A DNA stretch of 64,000 nt from the IMG/VR virus record IMGVR_UViG_3300010938_000019. The stretch is one strand, 5' to 3'. This DNA is from an uncultured virus (IMG/VR IMGVR_UViG_3300010938_000019) (Duplodnaviria > Heunggongvirae > Uroviricota > Caudoviricetes). The stretch's first letter is position 1. The number at the start of each line of letters is the position of its first letter. A program made the position numbers and the translations under genes. Positions 46,719-57,261 of the stretch are shown one piece after another. The notes under the pieces are model-generated. The model saw nothing but the letters and a program-made list of their open reading frames with translations, was not told where the DNA came from and made no database searches.

Positions 46719-47504
46719 TTATGCTCTAAAATACTCTAACATTAAAAGTAGCTTGTGTTTAAATCCTACTGAATGTCTTACAACTACTTCTAATTGATTA
46801 GCTTGAAATGGAACTCCTGCTATATCCTTAGCCATGTATTTAGCGGCTCTACCATCAGTTTTTACAGCTTCATTAGAGCCATAAAAACGCATATTAATGC
46901 CTCCAGCAAATTCCTTAACATACGGACCACCTAAGTCTACAATACCACCTAAAACCCAAATACGAACGTCTGAAGCAGGAGCTTCTATTTGTTGTAGACT
47001 TCCAGCAATCAATTCATAATCGTACTGTGGTTTAAACAGTATTCTAGTTTTTACACAAGAAGAGTCTATATCTTGTTGTGTAGTTAATTCTACATTATTT
47101 ACATCATAGAATTTTAATGTGCATATATTTCTTGCTGCTTCTGCAGAAGTCTTTTCATATAAACTATTTAGTTGACTTGTTTCAAATTCTATTGGATGAG
47201 CAAAATAAACCCATCCTTTTTGACCTGCAGCGATTCGTGTTATTTGTCTTCCTTGTTCGTCAATTTCTGTATTTTTTATTTCTACAGATTGATTTATTAA
47301 AGGAATTTCTCGGTATATAGGAGAGTGATTTTGTACCAACGCATCTAAAATAGATTTTTCTTCTACACTAAGTTCTGATAAGAATACTATGCTAGTAAAC
47401 GAGCCCTCTGTTTGTATAGAATTTAATTCTTTTATAATAGAACTATTATTAATTTCTTCATTTAACTGTGAAGCATGACAGAATTTCTCATATTGGTACA
47501 ACAT
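46719..47504 (-). CDS. virion-associated hypothetical protein
   Basis: Coupled to the fibre gene. Confidence 0.55.
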   Translation of the reverse strand: MLYQYEKFCHASQLNEEINNSSIIKELNSIQTEGSFTSIVFLSELSVEEKSILDALVQNHSPIYREIPLINQSVEIKNTEIDEQGRQITRIAAGQKGWVYFAHPIEFETSQLNSLYEKTSAEAARNICTLKFYDVNNVELTTQQDIDSSCVKTRILFKPQYDYELIAGSLQQIEAPASDVRIWVLGGIVDLGGPYVKEFAGGINMRFYGSNEAVKTDGRAAKYMAKDIAGVPFQANQLEVVVRHSVGFKHKLLLMLEYFRA

Positions 47505-50239
47505 TATGATACCCTCCAGAACTCAAGTCTTGCTTCTCTAATACCTACAGTTCCTCCTCCACCACTTCTTGCATATTGTAATAATATAGTGTGTGTGGCA
47601 GTAGAGCCAAATGTTATGTAACCAAATCCGCCTCTAAGATTTCTTTGGCTGGTTGCAGAGTCTGAATGTTCTTCTTGATGGTCACATAAAATCGTAACGC
47701 CGTCAACAATAACTCTTCCTCTAAAACTGTTTGCGTTATCAGTATTGTAAAATTCATAACTCCATCCCACTCTGTATTTTCCGGCAGGAACAGAACCAGT
47801 AACTAAAGTTACTTTTGTTGTTAATGTATTACTTGCTAAAGTACTTAAAGCTAAACTTTCTGCATCTACGGCATTGCTACCAAAAACCGCACTTACTGAT
47901 GTGGTTGTAACATTTGTAACTCTTCCTTTGTTATCTACAGTAACAATAGGAAAATTACTAGCATCTCCGTAAGTACCTGCGGTAACTCCTGTTGTAGTAA
48001 GAACTGCATTTATAGAATTTCCAGCATCATTATATGTAAAGTCTGTATCTACCGAGTCTGCAAACATTGCTCCAACAACATCTTGTGTAGCTTCGCTAAA
48101 ATCTGAAATAGTTGAGGCTAATTGTGTCCCTGTATGATTAGCTCTATTTCTATCTGTAGAATGAAAATGTAGTGCTGAATCCCCTGCGTCAGTTAAATCA
48201 GTATACTCAGTTTGTGTTAAATGGAAGTGGGTTGTGCTATTTAAATTGTTTAATAATGCATGATTTACACCGGCAGGTAGTACTGCCGCAGTAATCTGAT
48301 TAGAGGCATCGTTATATGTTAAGTCTACTGAAGATGAATCAGTTAAAGCTCCACCAATAACGTCCTGCACTTCTTCGTCAAAGTTTAGTACCTGAGTTTT
48401 AGGTATATTAATGGCTATTGTAGTTACTGCAGTTAGCTGACCTTGAGAGTTTACTGTTATAGACGGAACAGTACTTGCGTTTCCATAACCGCCAGCTACA
48501 ACTCCAGTATTTGCTATGTTTAAGGTGCGACTTGTGGTTATATCTCCACCTCCGCTTAAACCAGTTCCTGCATTTATATTTACAGTAGAATGATCTATAT
48601 GTTCATTAACTACAAAGTTTTGTAATGCATCATGGTTTACACCTGCTGGTAATACTGCGGCACTAATTTGATTTCCTGCATCGTTGTATGTAAAATCAAT
48701 TGATGCTGTATCTGTTAATATGTTACCAACAGCATCTTGTGCTTGTTCGTCAGTATATTGTGTAATTGTTGAAGCTATCGTTAACTGATTACCAGCATCG
48801 TTATAACTTAAGGATATTCCAGATCCTGCTTGTAATAAAGCGGAAACCCTATCATCTGTTGCCTCAGAAAAGTCTGTAACTTGACTTGCTGGAATAGAAA
48901 TATTTACATTTGCTGCAGCGGTTAATTGTCCTTGAGCGTTTACTGTATATGTAGGAACTTGTGTAGCACTTCCATAAGAAGCTGCAGTTATACCTGTGTT
49001 TGTTATAGCTACCGTAGGATTGCCAGAAACTCCATTACCATTTGTAACAGTAATTCCTGTAGAAGCCGTTAATGTTCTTCCTGTAAAGGTATCTGGAGCT
49101 GTTTGTGTTAAAAGACCATTTGTATTATATGCAGCTAAAGATGTTAATGTTGCATCTAAAGGTTGCTTTTCTGAATCTAATTCGTTTATTGCGGCTTGTA
49201 CCGTTGTTGCAGATATGTTACCTGCAGGAGCGTTCGTTATTTGTGTTGCTGTATAATCACCGGATTGTGCAGTAACGGCTCCTGTTCTACTAAAAACACT
49301 AGTTACTTCACTAGGAGATATTTCTATATAAGCAGAACCAGACCATCTATATGTTTTATTATTGTTTAATGCTACATATATTTTACCAGTTTCTCCTGTA
49401 ACAGGGAATGATGCTAAGTTTGCATATTCTTCAACATCGTCAACATAAGAAGGTAGTTGAGATGCAGGAACTTTTCCACCAGAATCTAAAGAAGCATATC
49501 CGTTAGGATTGCCTTTTTCTGATAATTGTTGATATCTAGCATCTCCTCTAGTTTGATTATAATACTGAGTGTGATCATCGTCTGCTAAACCAGAAATGCT
49601 TCCATGGTCTATACCAGATTGAATAATTGTAGCACTTATTGTATTTGCAGGATCGTTGTATGTAAAGTCAATTGTAGAGCTATCTGTTAAAATTGTACCA
49701 ATAGCATCTTGTGCTCTTTCATTAGTGAAAAATTGATTAGTTCCTTCCGTAATATCGTCTGTAGTATCTACAGTCTTATCAAAAATATCTGAGCCTATGC
49801 TTAAAACTAATGATTCATTAAATCCTGGAAAACCAACTGATGTTTCTATTTTACCGGGAGTGCCGTCTATTTTTTCATTCAGATAATCTGCTGTAGTGTC
49901 TGCTGCAGTAACTTTTGATAAAAAATCATTTGGACTTGTTTGGGTTAATTCTACTTTTAATTTATTGTCGTTAGTTACCCCAACTCCAATACCATTGTTA
50001 CCTTGCAAAGATATTACAGGAGGAAGGTATCCTTGTAGAAAGAATACTGCTTCTACAGTTAGTAAGTCTTGCGTACCGTCGTTTATTACAGCATCACCGG
50101 ATTGTAAATCTACATAAAACACTTGATCAGCAAGAAGTCTTTGTATATCTACTTGTTGAATATTATACTGACTGCTGGCGAGGACTTCAATTCCTCCCCA
50201 ATTTTTTGTACTTCCTGTGGTATTTTTTAATATCATCAT
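47504..50239 (-). CDS. modular fibre protein (911 aa)
   Basis: Repeated QD..G..L.D…D.TYND and G.YG…P..TV…G..T units; NGYASLDSGGKVP; VTSVFSRTGAV. Confidence 0.7.
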   Translation of the reverse strand: MMILKNTTGSTKNWGGIEVLASSQYNIQQVDIQRLLADQVFYVDLQSGDAVINDGTQDLLTVEAVFFLQGYLPPVISLQGNNGIGVGVTNDNKLKVELTQTSPNDFLSKVTAADTTADYLNEKIDGTPGKIETSVGFPGFNESLVLSIGSDIFDKTVDTTDDITEGTNQFFTNERAQDAIGTILTDSSTIDFTYNDPANTISATIIQSGIDHGSISGLADDDHTQYYNQTRGDARYQQLSEKGNPNGYASLDSGGKVPASQLPSYVDDVEEYANLASFPVTGETGKIYVALNNNKTYRWSGSAYIEISPSEVTSVFSRTGAVTAQSGDYTATQITNAPAGNISATTVQAAINELDSEKQPLDATLTSLAAYNTNGLLTQTAPDTFTGRTLTASTGITVTNGNGVSGNPTVAITNTGITAASYGSATQVPTYTVNAQGQLTAAANVNISIPASQVTDFSEATDDRVSALLQAGSGISLSYNDAGNQLTIASTITQYTDEQAQDAVGNILTDTASIDFTYNDAGNQISAAVLPAGVNHDALQNFVVNEHIDHSTVNINAGTGLSGGGDITTSRTLNIANTGVVAGGYGNASTVPSITVNSQGQLTAVTTIAINIPKTQVLNFDEEVQDVIGGALTDSSSVDLTYNDASNQITAAVLPAGVNHALLNNLNSTTHFHLTQTEYTDLTDAGDSALHFHSTDRNRANHTGTQLASTISDFSEATQDVVGAMFADSVDTDFTYNDAGNSINAVLTTTGVTAGTYGDASNFPIVTVDNKGRVTNVTTTSVSAVFGSNAVDAESLALSTLASNTLTTKVTLVTGSVPAGKYRVGWSYEFYNTDNANSFRGRVIVDGVTILCDHQEEHSDSATSQRNLRGGFGYITFGSTATHTILLQYARSGGGGTVGIREARLEFWRVS

Positions 50240-50706
50240 GATACTGTCCTTATAAATAAATACACTGTAGCTCTAGCTATGCTACCAGAAGTTACCTGTA
50301 CTGATATTTCATCTAAGGAATTAAATGGTATATTTAATCCAGCTATAGCATTCTTTTTTTGAGCCGATAATGCTATATTTTGCACCGACGATCCATTTCT
50401 AAATACTCGAGCATTCCCTGTAGCAGAAGTATCCGAAGTAACTAAAGATAATGCTATAAGTTCGCAATCCTCAGCTAAAACAAAAGGAACTGTATTTGAA
50501 GGATTATTTGCAGAAAATTCTAACCATCTTCCGGTACTTGCCGTTCCATCAAAAGAACAAGTTGTTGGACCTCGTGATGCTGATGCAGCTAAATCTCGTG
50601 CTTCTTCTATAGCGTCTTGTGCATTTGAAGAAGTAAATCCATTACCAGCATTATCAAATGGTAAAGATTCGGATACCTGTGTAGGACTTCCTCTTTTAGT
50701 GGACAT
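50236..50706 (-). CDS. virion structural protein
   Basis: NAQDAIEE knot followed by a beta domain. Confidence 0.55.
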   Translation of the reverse strand: MSTKRGSPTQVSESLPFDNAGNGFTSSNAQDAIEEARDLAASASRGPTTCSFDGTASTGRWLEFSANNPSNTVPFVLAEDCELIALSLVTSDTSATGNARVFRNGSSVQNIALSAQKKNAIAGLNIPFNSLDEISVQVTSGSIARATVYLFIRTVS

Positions 50707-50990
50707 TAAGAAACCTCAGTAATTCTAACATTGACTGTTCCAGAACCTGCAACAATCCATACAGGGAGTAGTTCTCCAGCTTCTAAAGGATAGACCTGAC
50801 CTTTAAATATCTTAGTACCATTAGTTGAAGATACTGTATTACTATAACCAAAATATACTTCACCATCTATAGGTTGAATAGTTACAACTTGCCTATCAGT
50901 TAATGGAGATGCTCCAACTTTTAACTCTATTGGAGTAGTAGTTACACTAATAGCTCCATATACTGCAGGACCATCTAAAGGCTGTAGCAT
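50706..50990 (-). CDS. small beta-sandwich virion protein
   Basis: Similar to the C-terminus of 51311-52399. Confidence 0.55.
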   Translation of the reverse strand: MLQPLDGPAVYGAISVTTTPIELKVGASPLTDRQVVTIQPIDGEVYFGYSNTVSSTNGTKIFKGQVYPLEAGELLPVWIVAGSGTVNVRITEVS

Positions 50991-51248
50991 TTATACCTCA
51001 GACTTCTTTTTCTTCTTAGGTTCAGTTTTAACTTCTATATTTTGTTTTAGTTCTTCTTGTTTTTGAATTTGGATTGCTGTTTGCAGTTCTTTATGAGCTT
51101 TAATCATTTTGTCTTCTAATGCTCTAAATGCTACAAATGATTGATATACCGCTATAACGGCATTTCCGTCTAAGTCATTCCACTTAGCTTTATTGATTGT
51201 TTCAAATACTTTTTTAATAGTTTCTAAGTCTTTATCCGTAACTTGCAT
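50991..51248 (-). CDS. hypothetical protein
   Basis: GAGG SD; helical. Confidence 0.55.
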   Translation of the reverse strand: MQVTDKDLETIKKVFETINKAKWNDLDGNAVIAVYQSFVAFRALEDKMIKAHKELQTAIQIQKQEELKQNIEVKTEPKKKKKSEV

Positions 51249-51268
51249 TTTAACCTCTTGTTAAATAA

Positions 51269-51297
51269 GGAGCAAGGGAATATAGTTCCCAAGCTCC
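51269..51297 (-). terminator. intrinsic terminator
   Basis: GGAGC-TT-GGGAA-loop-TTCCC-TT-GCTCC then TTATTT on the minus strand. Confidence 0.6.
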
Positions 51298-51310
51298 ATT
51301 ATAACATAAA

Positions 51311-52399
51311 TTATGCTAATTGCACAACTCGAACAGATTGAGATCCGTTAGACGCAATAGCCCAAATATTCAAATCTTCGCCAAACTCTAACTCAAGAGT
51401 AGCACCAGCAGAAATTCTTAATCCATTAGCAGAAGTAACGGTATTGTCAAATCCTACGAAAATAGCTTGATTTCCAAGGTTTTGAACAACAATTTTAGTT
51501 CTTCCAGCAAGTGGAGAAGCGGCAAGTTCAGCAGCAGTTGTAGTTACAGTCGCTGCAGCTACGTTAAATCCAATATTTGGCGCAGAGTTTACGAATAATC
51601 TGCGGTACATGTCAGAGATAAGGTTAGCTTTGTCTCCAGAAGCTGAAATAGCAGGAAGAAGACCGTCAACAGCACGAGAACCTACTTTAATAGGATTTTC
51701 AGTGTCGACAGCATCATCAGCTACAGCAGAGCTAATAGAAGCTACAGTATAAAGTTGACCAAGAGCATCTACTTTAAGTGAAGCATAGTCCCCATCAGCA
51801 GAAGTATCAGCAGCCAATGCATCTTGACGAACGGCTAGTACATAAGTACCGATGTCGCCAGAAGCATGAGCAGAGTCTTCAGCTTTGTCTGAACCGTTAA
51901 CTACTGAAATATCAGCATTAACGTTGATAGATCCGTCAGCGTTGATAGCTAAGAAATCTGTACCATCTCCGATCTTGATTGAGTCAGATACGTGAGTTAA
52001 GTCACGGATATCTAAATCAGTTGCAGACACAATCCATGGACTCGTACCTTGAAATACAGTGATTTCATCAGCTTGAGTCAAGTCTCTAATGTCCAAGTCT
52101 GTAGCTTGTACAGTAACAGTATTTCCAACATTGATACTACCGTCAGCATTGATTGCTAATACGTCAGTACCATCAGAAATTGCTACGTTATCTTGAGCTG
52201 CGTCTAAGTCGCGGATATCAAGGTCTGTAGCAGTTACTTCAATAGAAGCGTTAATGATATTTACATCAAGACCTTCTTTACCGCTTACATTTGTTGAACT
52301 GATTTTGGCACTTGCCGAACCGAGTAAGTGTGCGCCTACTTGGTCTGAATCACTAATAAATGATTCGTCAAAAATTAATTTGTCTTTGTCTAAAGCCAT
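51311..52399 (-). CDS. repeat-containing virion fibre/decoration protein
   Basis: Three ATDLDIRDL and two LAINADGSINV repeats; AAGGAG SD. Confidence 0.65.
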   Translation of the reverse strand: MALDKDKLIFDESFISDSDQVGAHLLGSASAKISSTNVSGKEGLDVNIINASIEVTATDLDIRDLDAAQDNVAISDGTDVLAINADGSINVGNTVTVQATDLDIRDLTQADEITVFQGTSPWIVSATDLDIRDLTHVSDSIKIGDGTDFLAINADGSINVNADISVVNGSDKAEDSAHASGDIGTYVLAVRQDALAADTSADGDYASLKVDALGQLYTVASISSAVADDAVDTENPIKVGSRAVDGLLPAISASGDKANLISDMYRRLFVNSAPNIGFNVAAATVTTTAAELAASPLAGRTKIVVQNLGNQAIFVGFDNTVTSANGLRISAGATLELEFGEDLNIWAIASNGSQSVRVVQLA

Positions 52400-52415
52400 G
52401 GTTTCTCTCCTTTAT

Positions 52416-53423
52416 TTAAACCCATGCGATTACTTCCAGAATATTAGCAGCGCTACTAGTCTGAAAATAAATTGTTCTACTTGTAATAGTTGTTAATCGA
52501 AGGCTCTCTTGTCTATAAGCACATCCACGATTTACCGTAAAATATGTCGTTCCAGAAGCACCTAGTGTATAACAAAACTTCACTAACGCTTTACTATCTC
52601 TAGAACGTATTTCAAATTTATTTGTATTTGCTGGTAACACAAAACTGTATTCTGTATTAGCCAACGGTGCTGCAATGTTTAGTACTGTCGGTGCTACCGA
52701 AAGTCCATCGTCAATTGCTGCATCTAAATCTATTCCTTTCTCAAAAGCTCCAGAATAGATGTTATAGTAATATCCTTTTAGAACCTGTCCATCGAATAGT
52801 GGATCAGTTCCGTCGTATTCAATATCAACCGTCTGTACTAACTGACTTACACCTTGTTGATTAAGAATTGTAAATCCTGTATCAACGTCTAATGAGTCAG
52901 TAGCTACTCCGCTTTTATTAGCGGTAATGTATAATAATGATCCTGATCTTTTTGCTTCAAAGTATTCACTAAAACTACTAGAGTTAAGTATTAATTCTGT
53001 AGCATAGGCAACAATTGCCGAAGGATCGTTGGTATTAATAGCAACTTCTATTCCTGTGCTATTTGATGGAGCTGGATCTACTCCTGCACCATTCACGTTA
53101 TACCATACGTGAAACTTTCTATCACTTCTTCCTTCAAATATGAAGAAGTACTTATTATTTAAACTACCAGAAACATCAGAACCAATAGATACTTTTGTTT
53201 CATGATGACTTAATCCTACATAGTATTTTATTTGTGTAGGTAAATCATTTACATTGTATGTAGCAGTTAAATAATCATAATGTTGCTTTACTACTGTAAG
53301 AGCATCTCGTACTCTTAAGTAGTGTCCAGGAAACGAATGTACGTCTTTGATTACTCCGCCATAATCTAATTGGCTTAGAGCATCAACGTCTTCTATCCTA
53401 TTATGATTTGGCTTACTTGCCAC
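52416..53423 (-). CDS. virion structural protein
   Basis: GTG start after AGGA; shares a domain with the nozzle insertions. Confidence 0.6.
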   Translation of the reverse strand: MASKPNHNRIEDVDALSQLDYGGVIKDVHSFPGHYLRVRDALTVVKQHYDYLTATYNVNDLPTQIKYYVGLSHHETKVSIGSDVSGSLNNKYFFIFEGRSDRKFHVWYNVNGAGVDPAPSNSTGIEVAINTNDPSAIVAYATELILNSSSFSEYFEAKRSGSLLYITANKSGVATDSLDVDTGFTILNQQGVSQLVQTVDIEYDGTDPLFDGQVLKGYYYNIYSGAFEKGIDLDAAIDDGLSVAPTVLNIAAPLANTEYSFVLPANTNKFEIRSRDSKALVKFCYTLGASGTTYFTVNRGCAYRQESLRLTTITSRTIYFQTSSAANILEVIAWV

Positions 53424-53439
53424 AAAAACTTCCTGTTAG

Positions 53440-53462
53440 AAAATGCGGAGCATCAACTCCGC
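53440..53462 (-). terminator. intrinsic terminator
   Basis: GCGGAG-TTGATG-CTCCGC then ATTTT on the minus strand. Confidence 0.6.
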
Positions 53463-53479
53463 CGTTAAGTTAATAAAAA

Positions 53480-55477
53480 TTAAATACTAGTAGTTCTTGC
53501 CCTGAAGCGAATAGTTCCACTTACAAACGAGGGGTACGACTGTGAAATATATTGGATAGCTCCTCCAGAAGTAATACTAAATACTATTCCAGAACTATCG
53601 CCAACAGATTCCTGAGACATATCCCAACTTGCGCCTTTCTGAATTCCATATAATGAAAATGTTTCATATAAATCAGATGCTGCGTCAATTTCTACTGTAG
53701 CAAGAACTTCAAATCCTCTAACTACTGCATTATTAAAAGCTAAACCAGTTACGTTAGCAGGAGTTGCTTGGTTATTTGCAATAGAGAAAGACGTTTCAGC
53801 GATATCACCAGGAGATCCAGCACCAGCTAAATCAACAATAGTTTGTACTGTGACTTTCTTAAGAGCATTACTATCAGAAGCATCAGCAATTAACACTTGA
53901 TCGCCTAAAGCTGCTGTAACAAGCGAAGCATTGTTTGGATCAATTACTAAGCTTCGAGAAGCTGTAATATCTCCACCACCGCTCAAACCTGAATTAGCTG
54001 CAGTATTGATGTTAACTGAAGAGTGATCAATGTGTTCATTAGCTACAAAGTTACTCAATGCATCGTGATCTACACCGCCAGGGATAACCGCAGCAGTAAT
54101 AGAAGGTGTACCATCGTTGTATGTGAAGTCAATAGAAGCTGAATCTACTAGAATAGTACCAACAGCATCTTGTGCTCTTTCATCAGTGAAGAATAATTGA
54201 GATCCTTCAGTAATATCTCCAGAGTCATCGACAGCTTTGTCAAATACGTCTGCACCGATAGTAATTTGTAAATCTTCATTTGCTCCGTCGTTCAACGTAG
54301 AAATTGAAATTTTACCAGAAGCACCTACAATCTTATCTTCGATGTATCCAAAAGTAGTATCGTTGGCAGAAACTTTTATTTCACCAGTAGCAGCTCCGCC
54401 GTTTTCAAGGTCAATTAATCTCTGACCAACTTCATCTAAAGTAGCTTCGATGGAAGAACCATCAGCTACTGTCCAGTCTGTAGGATCAACTTGAGTATAG
54501 TTAAGATCTCCAGCGTCAAGTACTACTGAACCTTGGAAACCGTTAACACTAGATACTGCATCTGTAGTATCGGCTTTTTCCCATACTTTAGAAGCATTTA
54601 AAATAGCATAGTCACCAACTGCGAAAGAAATTGAACCAGAGCCTAGGTCTTGAGAACCAGCAACTGATACGCGATAAACGTTACCAATTGCTTCATCTGC
54701 GTTACCTACACCATCAGCTAAAGATGGAGAGTTTGTAGAAGCATTCCATACCCCCTGGTATTCCATAATGGCGTTAGGAAGCTGAGATACAGGAACTTTA
54801 CCAGAACTATCAAGAGATGCATATCCGTTAGCAGCACCTTTTTCAGATGTATCTTGCTTAGTATCTAATTGAGACTTATTAACAGCATCACCAGAGTTTG
54901 TACCATTGGCAACGTTAGTTAACTTGAAAGAACCCATTGACTGGTCAGCAGTAAAAGCTACTGAACCGTCTTTCTTAATAACTGCAGAGTCTAAAGCTCT
55001 ACTGTCGATATCAGACTGTAGCTCATTTAAAGCTGCCTGAACGTCTGTAGCAGCCAAGTTACCAGCAGGTACGTTAGAGATAGCAGAAGCATCATGAGCG
55101 TCTGAAGAGTCGCTAATGTGGTTAGAAAGGTCAGAAGCTAATGCTCTTGAATCAACGTCTGATTGCAATTCGTTTAATGCACCTTGTACATCAGTTGCTG
55201 CTAAGTTACCAGCAGGAACATTTAAAATTGCAGATGCATCGTGAGCATCGGCAGAATCGTTTATGTGATCTGATAGATCAGAAGCTAATGCTTTGTCATC
55301 TAATTGATCTTGTACTGAACTCGTCGTACCTGAGAGGTACCCAAGTTCCGTTTCTGTTACTGCTGAAGAGGAAATATCCCCACTCGCATCTACTGTTAGC
55401 GCACGTTGTGCGGTTTCCGCTGGTAAGCGTAATCCACTTTCTGCGACAACTAAGTCCTTAAACTTTTTGTTTGCCAT
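53480..55477 (-). CDS. modular fibre protein (665 aa)
   Basis: Tandem 49-aa repeat, DAVNKSQLD, NGYASLDSSGKVP, YQGVWNASTN; blocks shared with 47504-50239. Confidence 0.7.
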   Translation of the reverse strand: MANKKFKDLVVAESGLRLPAETAQRALTVDASGDISSSAVTETELGYLSGTTSSVQDQLDDKALASDLSDHINDSADAHDASAILNVPAGNLAATDVQGALNELQSDVDSRALASDLSNHISDSSDAHDASAISNVPAGNLAATDVQAALNELQSDIDSRALDSAVIKKDGSVAFTADQSMGSFKLTNVANGTNSGDAVNKSQLDTKQDTSEKGAANGYASLDSSGKVPVSQLPNAIMEYQGVWNASTNSPSLADGVGNADEAIGNVYRVSVAGSQDLGSGSISFAVGDYAILNASKVWEKADTTDAVSSVNGFQGSVVLDAGDLNYTQVDPTDWTVADGSSIEATLDEVGQRLIDLENGGAATGEIKVSANDTTFGYIEDKIVGASGKISISTLNDGANEDLQITIGADVFDKAVDDSGDITEGSQLFFTDERAQDAVGTILVDSASIDFTYNDGTPSITAAVIPGGVDHDALSNFVANEHIDHSSVNINTAANSGLSGGGDITASRSLVIDPNNASLVTAALGDQVLIADASDSNALKKVTVQTIVDLAGAGSPGDIAETSFSIANNQATPANVTGLAFNNAVVRGFEVLATVEIDAASDLYETFSLYGIQKGASWDMSQESVGDSSGIVFSITSGGAIQYISQSYPSFVSGTIRFRARTTSI

Positions 55478-55488
55478 TGTAAAATCTC

Positions 55489-55872
55489 CTATTTAATTAT
55501 AATCTTACCGGCAAATCTTAGATCCGGTGAAGATGAAACTGTTAATGTTATATTTCCGGCAGGAGTTATCTCCACACCAGTTAAAACTTCGTCAAAATTT
55601 AAACCATTTTCTTGATATACTTGTAGAATCGGACTAGCACCTCTACCGTGTGTTGCGGCAGTAATGGTGTAGTTATACTTATCTACGTTTAATACCCAAG
55701 AACCTACTATGAAAGAAGCTACGTATGAAGCACCTGTGGATGCTGCAAGTTCGTCAATAGCTGCTTGTACATTTGTCGCGGTAAGACCTGAGCCACTGTT
55801 ATCATAGAAAGAATCTATGGCGTCTCCGCTACCAGATCCTCCTGATAGATTAACCTTTTTATAGGTATTCAT
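55489..55872 (-). CDS. virion structural protein
   Basis: ATNVQAAIDEL knot; TITAATHG motif. Confidence 0.55.
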   Translation of the reverse strand: MNTYKKVNLSGGSGSGDAIDSFYDNSGSGLTATNVQAAIDELAASTGASYVASFIVGSWVLNVDKYNYTITAATHGRGASPILQVYQENGLNFDEVLTGVEITPAGNITLTVSSSPDLRFAGKIIIK

Positions 55873-56228
55873 TAGTGTCTCCTCTTACCGTTGTAAGAAA
55901 TTTTACTAATGTCTAAGCTTCCTGAAGTAACTGCAACTCGTACTCTTAGGTAGCTTGCTCCAGTTCCAGCGATGTCCCAAAAGTGATTACCAGTTGGATC
56001 GGTAATAACTTGGTCACTATCTGCTACGTCAAACCAGTTTTGATTATCTGTAGATACTTGTAACCAGAGAGTCATGTTTACGCTAGTTCCGTTTTCATAA
56101 GAAAATAAAACTCCGAATTCAGCTTCTCTGTTATCAATATCTAATGAAGGACTTTCGTAATCAGAGTTTATTGACTCTGGTCCTATAACAATGTCTTTCT
56201 TGAGTATGGTATCTAATACTGCTGGCAT
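55872..56228 (-). CDS. small beta-sandwich virion protein
   Basis: LQVSTDNQNW…YLRVRV. Confidence 0.55.
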   Translation of the reverse strand: MPAVLDTILKKDIVIGPESINSDYESPSLDIDNREAEFGVLFSYENGTSVNMTLWLQVSTDNQNWFDVADSDQVITDPTGNHFWDIAGTGASYLRVRVAVTSGSLDISKISYNGKRRH

Positions 56229-56522
56229 TTACTCTCCCTTCTTACTATTATCTAACGTTGAACCACTAGATCTAGTAAGTGCTCTCCCAAAATATAATCC
56301 TGCACAAATTATCAATAGTTCTAAAGTATTTTCTATGTCTACTCCATCTACAATTTTTGCCACCTTATTTAAAAGCGACATTACAGAAAGAGTAAAAGCT
56401 ATTACTAACATAGTTAAAGATACACTGGGTTGATTAGACACAGGATCTTTAATAAAGAATAGAGGTATTCCTCTGTTCTGTAATTCTTTAATTAAGGCAA
56501 TCATTTTTTCTTTCATGGTCAC
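56229..56522 (-). CDS. two-TM membrane protein, holin-like
   Basis: Two hydrophobic helices. Confidence 0.5.
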   Translation of the reverse strand: MTMKEKMIALIKELQNRGIPLFFIKDPVSNQPSVSLTMLVIAFTLSVMSLLNKVAKIVDGVDIENTLELLIICAGLYFGRALTRSSGSTLDNSKKGE

Positions 56523-57004
56523 TTTTTAAAGAACTCTTTCCAATCTTCAAAGCTCATTACTGTTGCTCTGTGAATGCTTTCATCATTGTAGTTGTTAGTT
56601 ATGTTCCTCAAAAACTGTCTGTAGTCTCGGTACAGCGCCTTAGCTTTACTATCTAGTGGATAATCAGCTAGTTGCGTACAATCAGTTTCTGCTAACAATA
56701 TATCTCTTTTTATCCTAAGTTTAGCCCAATCTTGAGCTAGTTCTTCATCTCTATCTGGCTGAACATCATTAAAGTTCCATTCAGGTCGTATTAAGTAAAA
56801 CTTCTGTTTATTCTTAATTTGCTCAGCTACTATGTATTTCTTGTCTTCCTCAGCTAAGAACCTATCATGTATCCATTTTTGGGGTCTATCCCAAGCATGA
56901 AATACTGAGTGGTACTTCTTGTATAACTCCATTTCTTCTTTTGTACTAAACTCTATTTCCTTAAGTTTACCTGAGGATAAATTCCTAAGTAAAAGCTTAT
57001 ACAT
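56519..57004 (-). CDS. tail fibre assembly chaperone-like protein
   Basis: W..LR..RD.LLAETD.TQLADYPL…YRQFLRNI. Confidence 0.7.
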   Translation of the reverse strand: MYKLLLRNLSSGKLKEIEFSTKEEMELYKKYHSVFHAWDRPQKWIHDRFLAEEDKKYIVAEQIKNKQKFYLIRPEWNFNDVQPDRDEELAQDWAKLRIKRDILLAETDCTQLADYPLDSKAKALYRDYRQFLRNITNNYNDESIHRATVMSFEDWKEFFKK

Positions 57005-57259
57005 TTACTTTCCTAACATTCGAGCAATACGCTCAAATAATAACCTTTTTTCTACAGGTACTTGAAATCCTTGCTCTCTTAAGTCTTTATCTACTTTATA
57101 AGGCTCAGGATATTGTATCTCTTCAGGTTGATCAGCTTGTTGAGCTGCTTTCCTAGCTAGTACTATATCTAAAATACCGCGCTTATCCGGCTTAACCATC
57201 TCTACTGGTTTTTCTCCTTCTTCTGCAGCTAATTGATCTAGTAGTTTATTTTTATCCAT
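57005..57259 (-). CDS. hypothetical protein
   Basis: Operon packing. Confidence 0.55.
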   Translation of the reverse strand: MDKNKLLDQLAAEEGEKPVEMVKPDKRGILDIVLARKAAQQADQPEEIQYPEPYKVDKDLREQGFQVPVEKRLLFERIARMLGK

Positions 57260-57261
57260 AA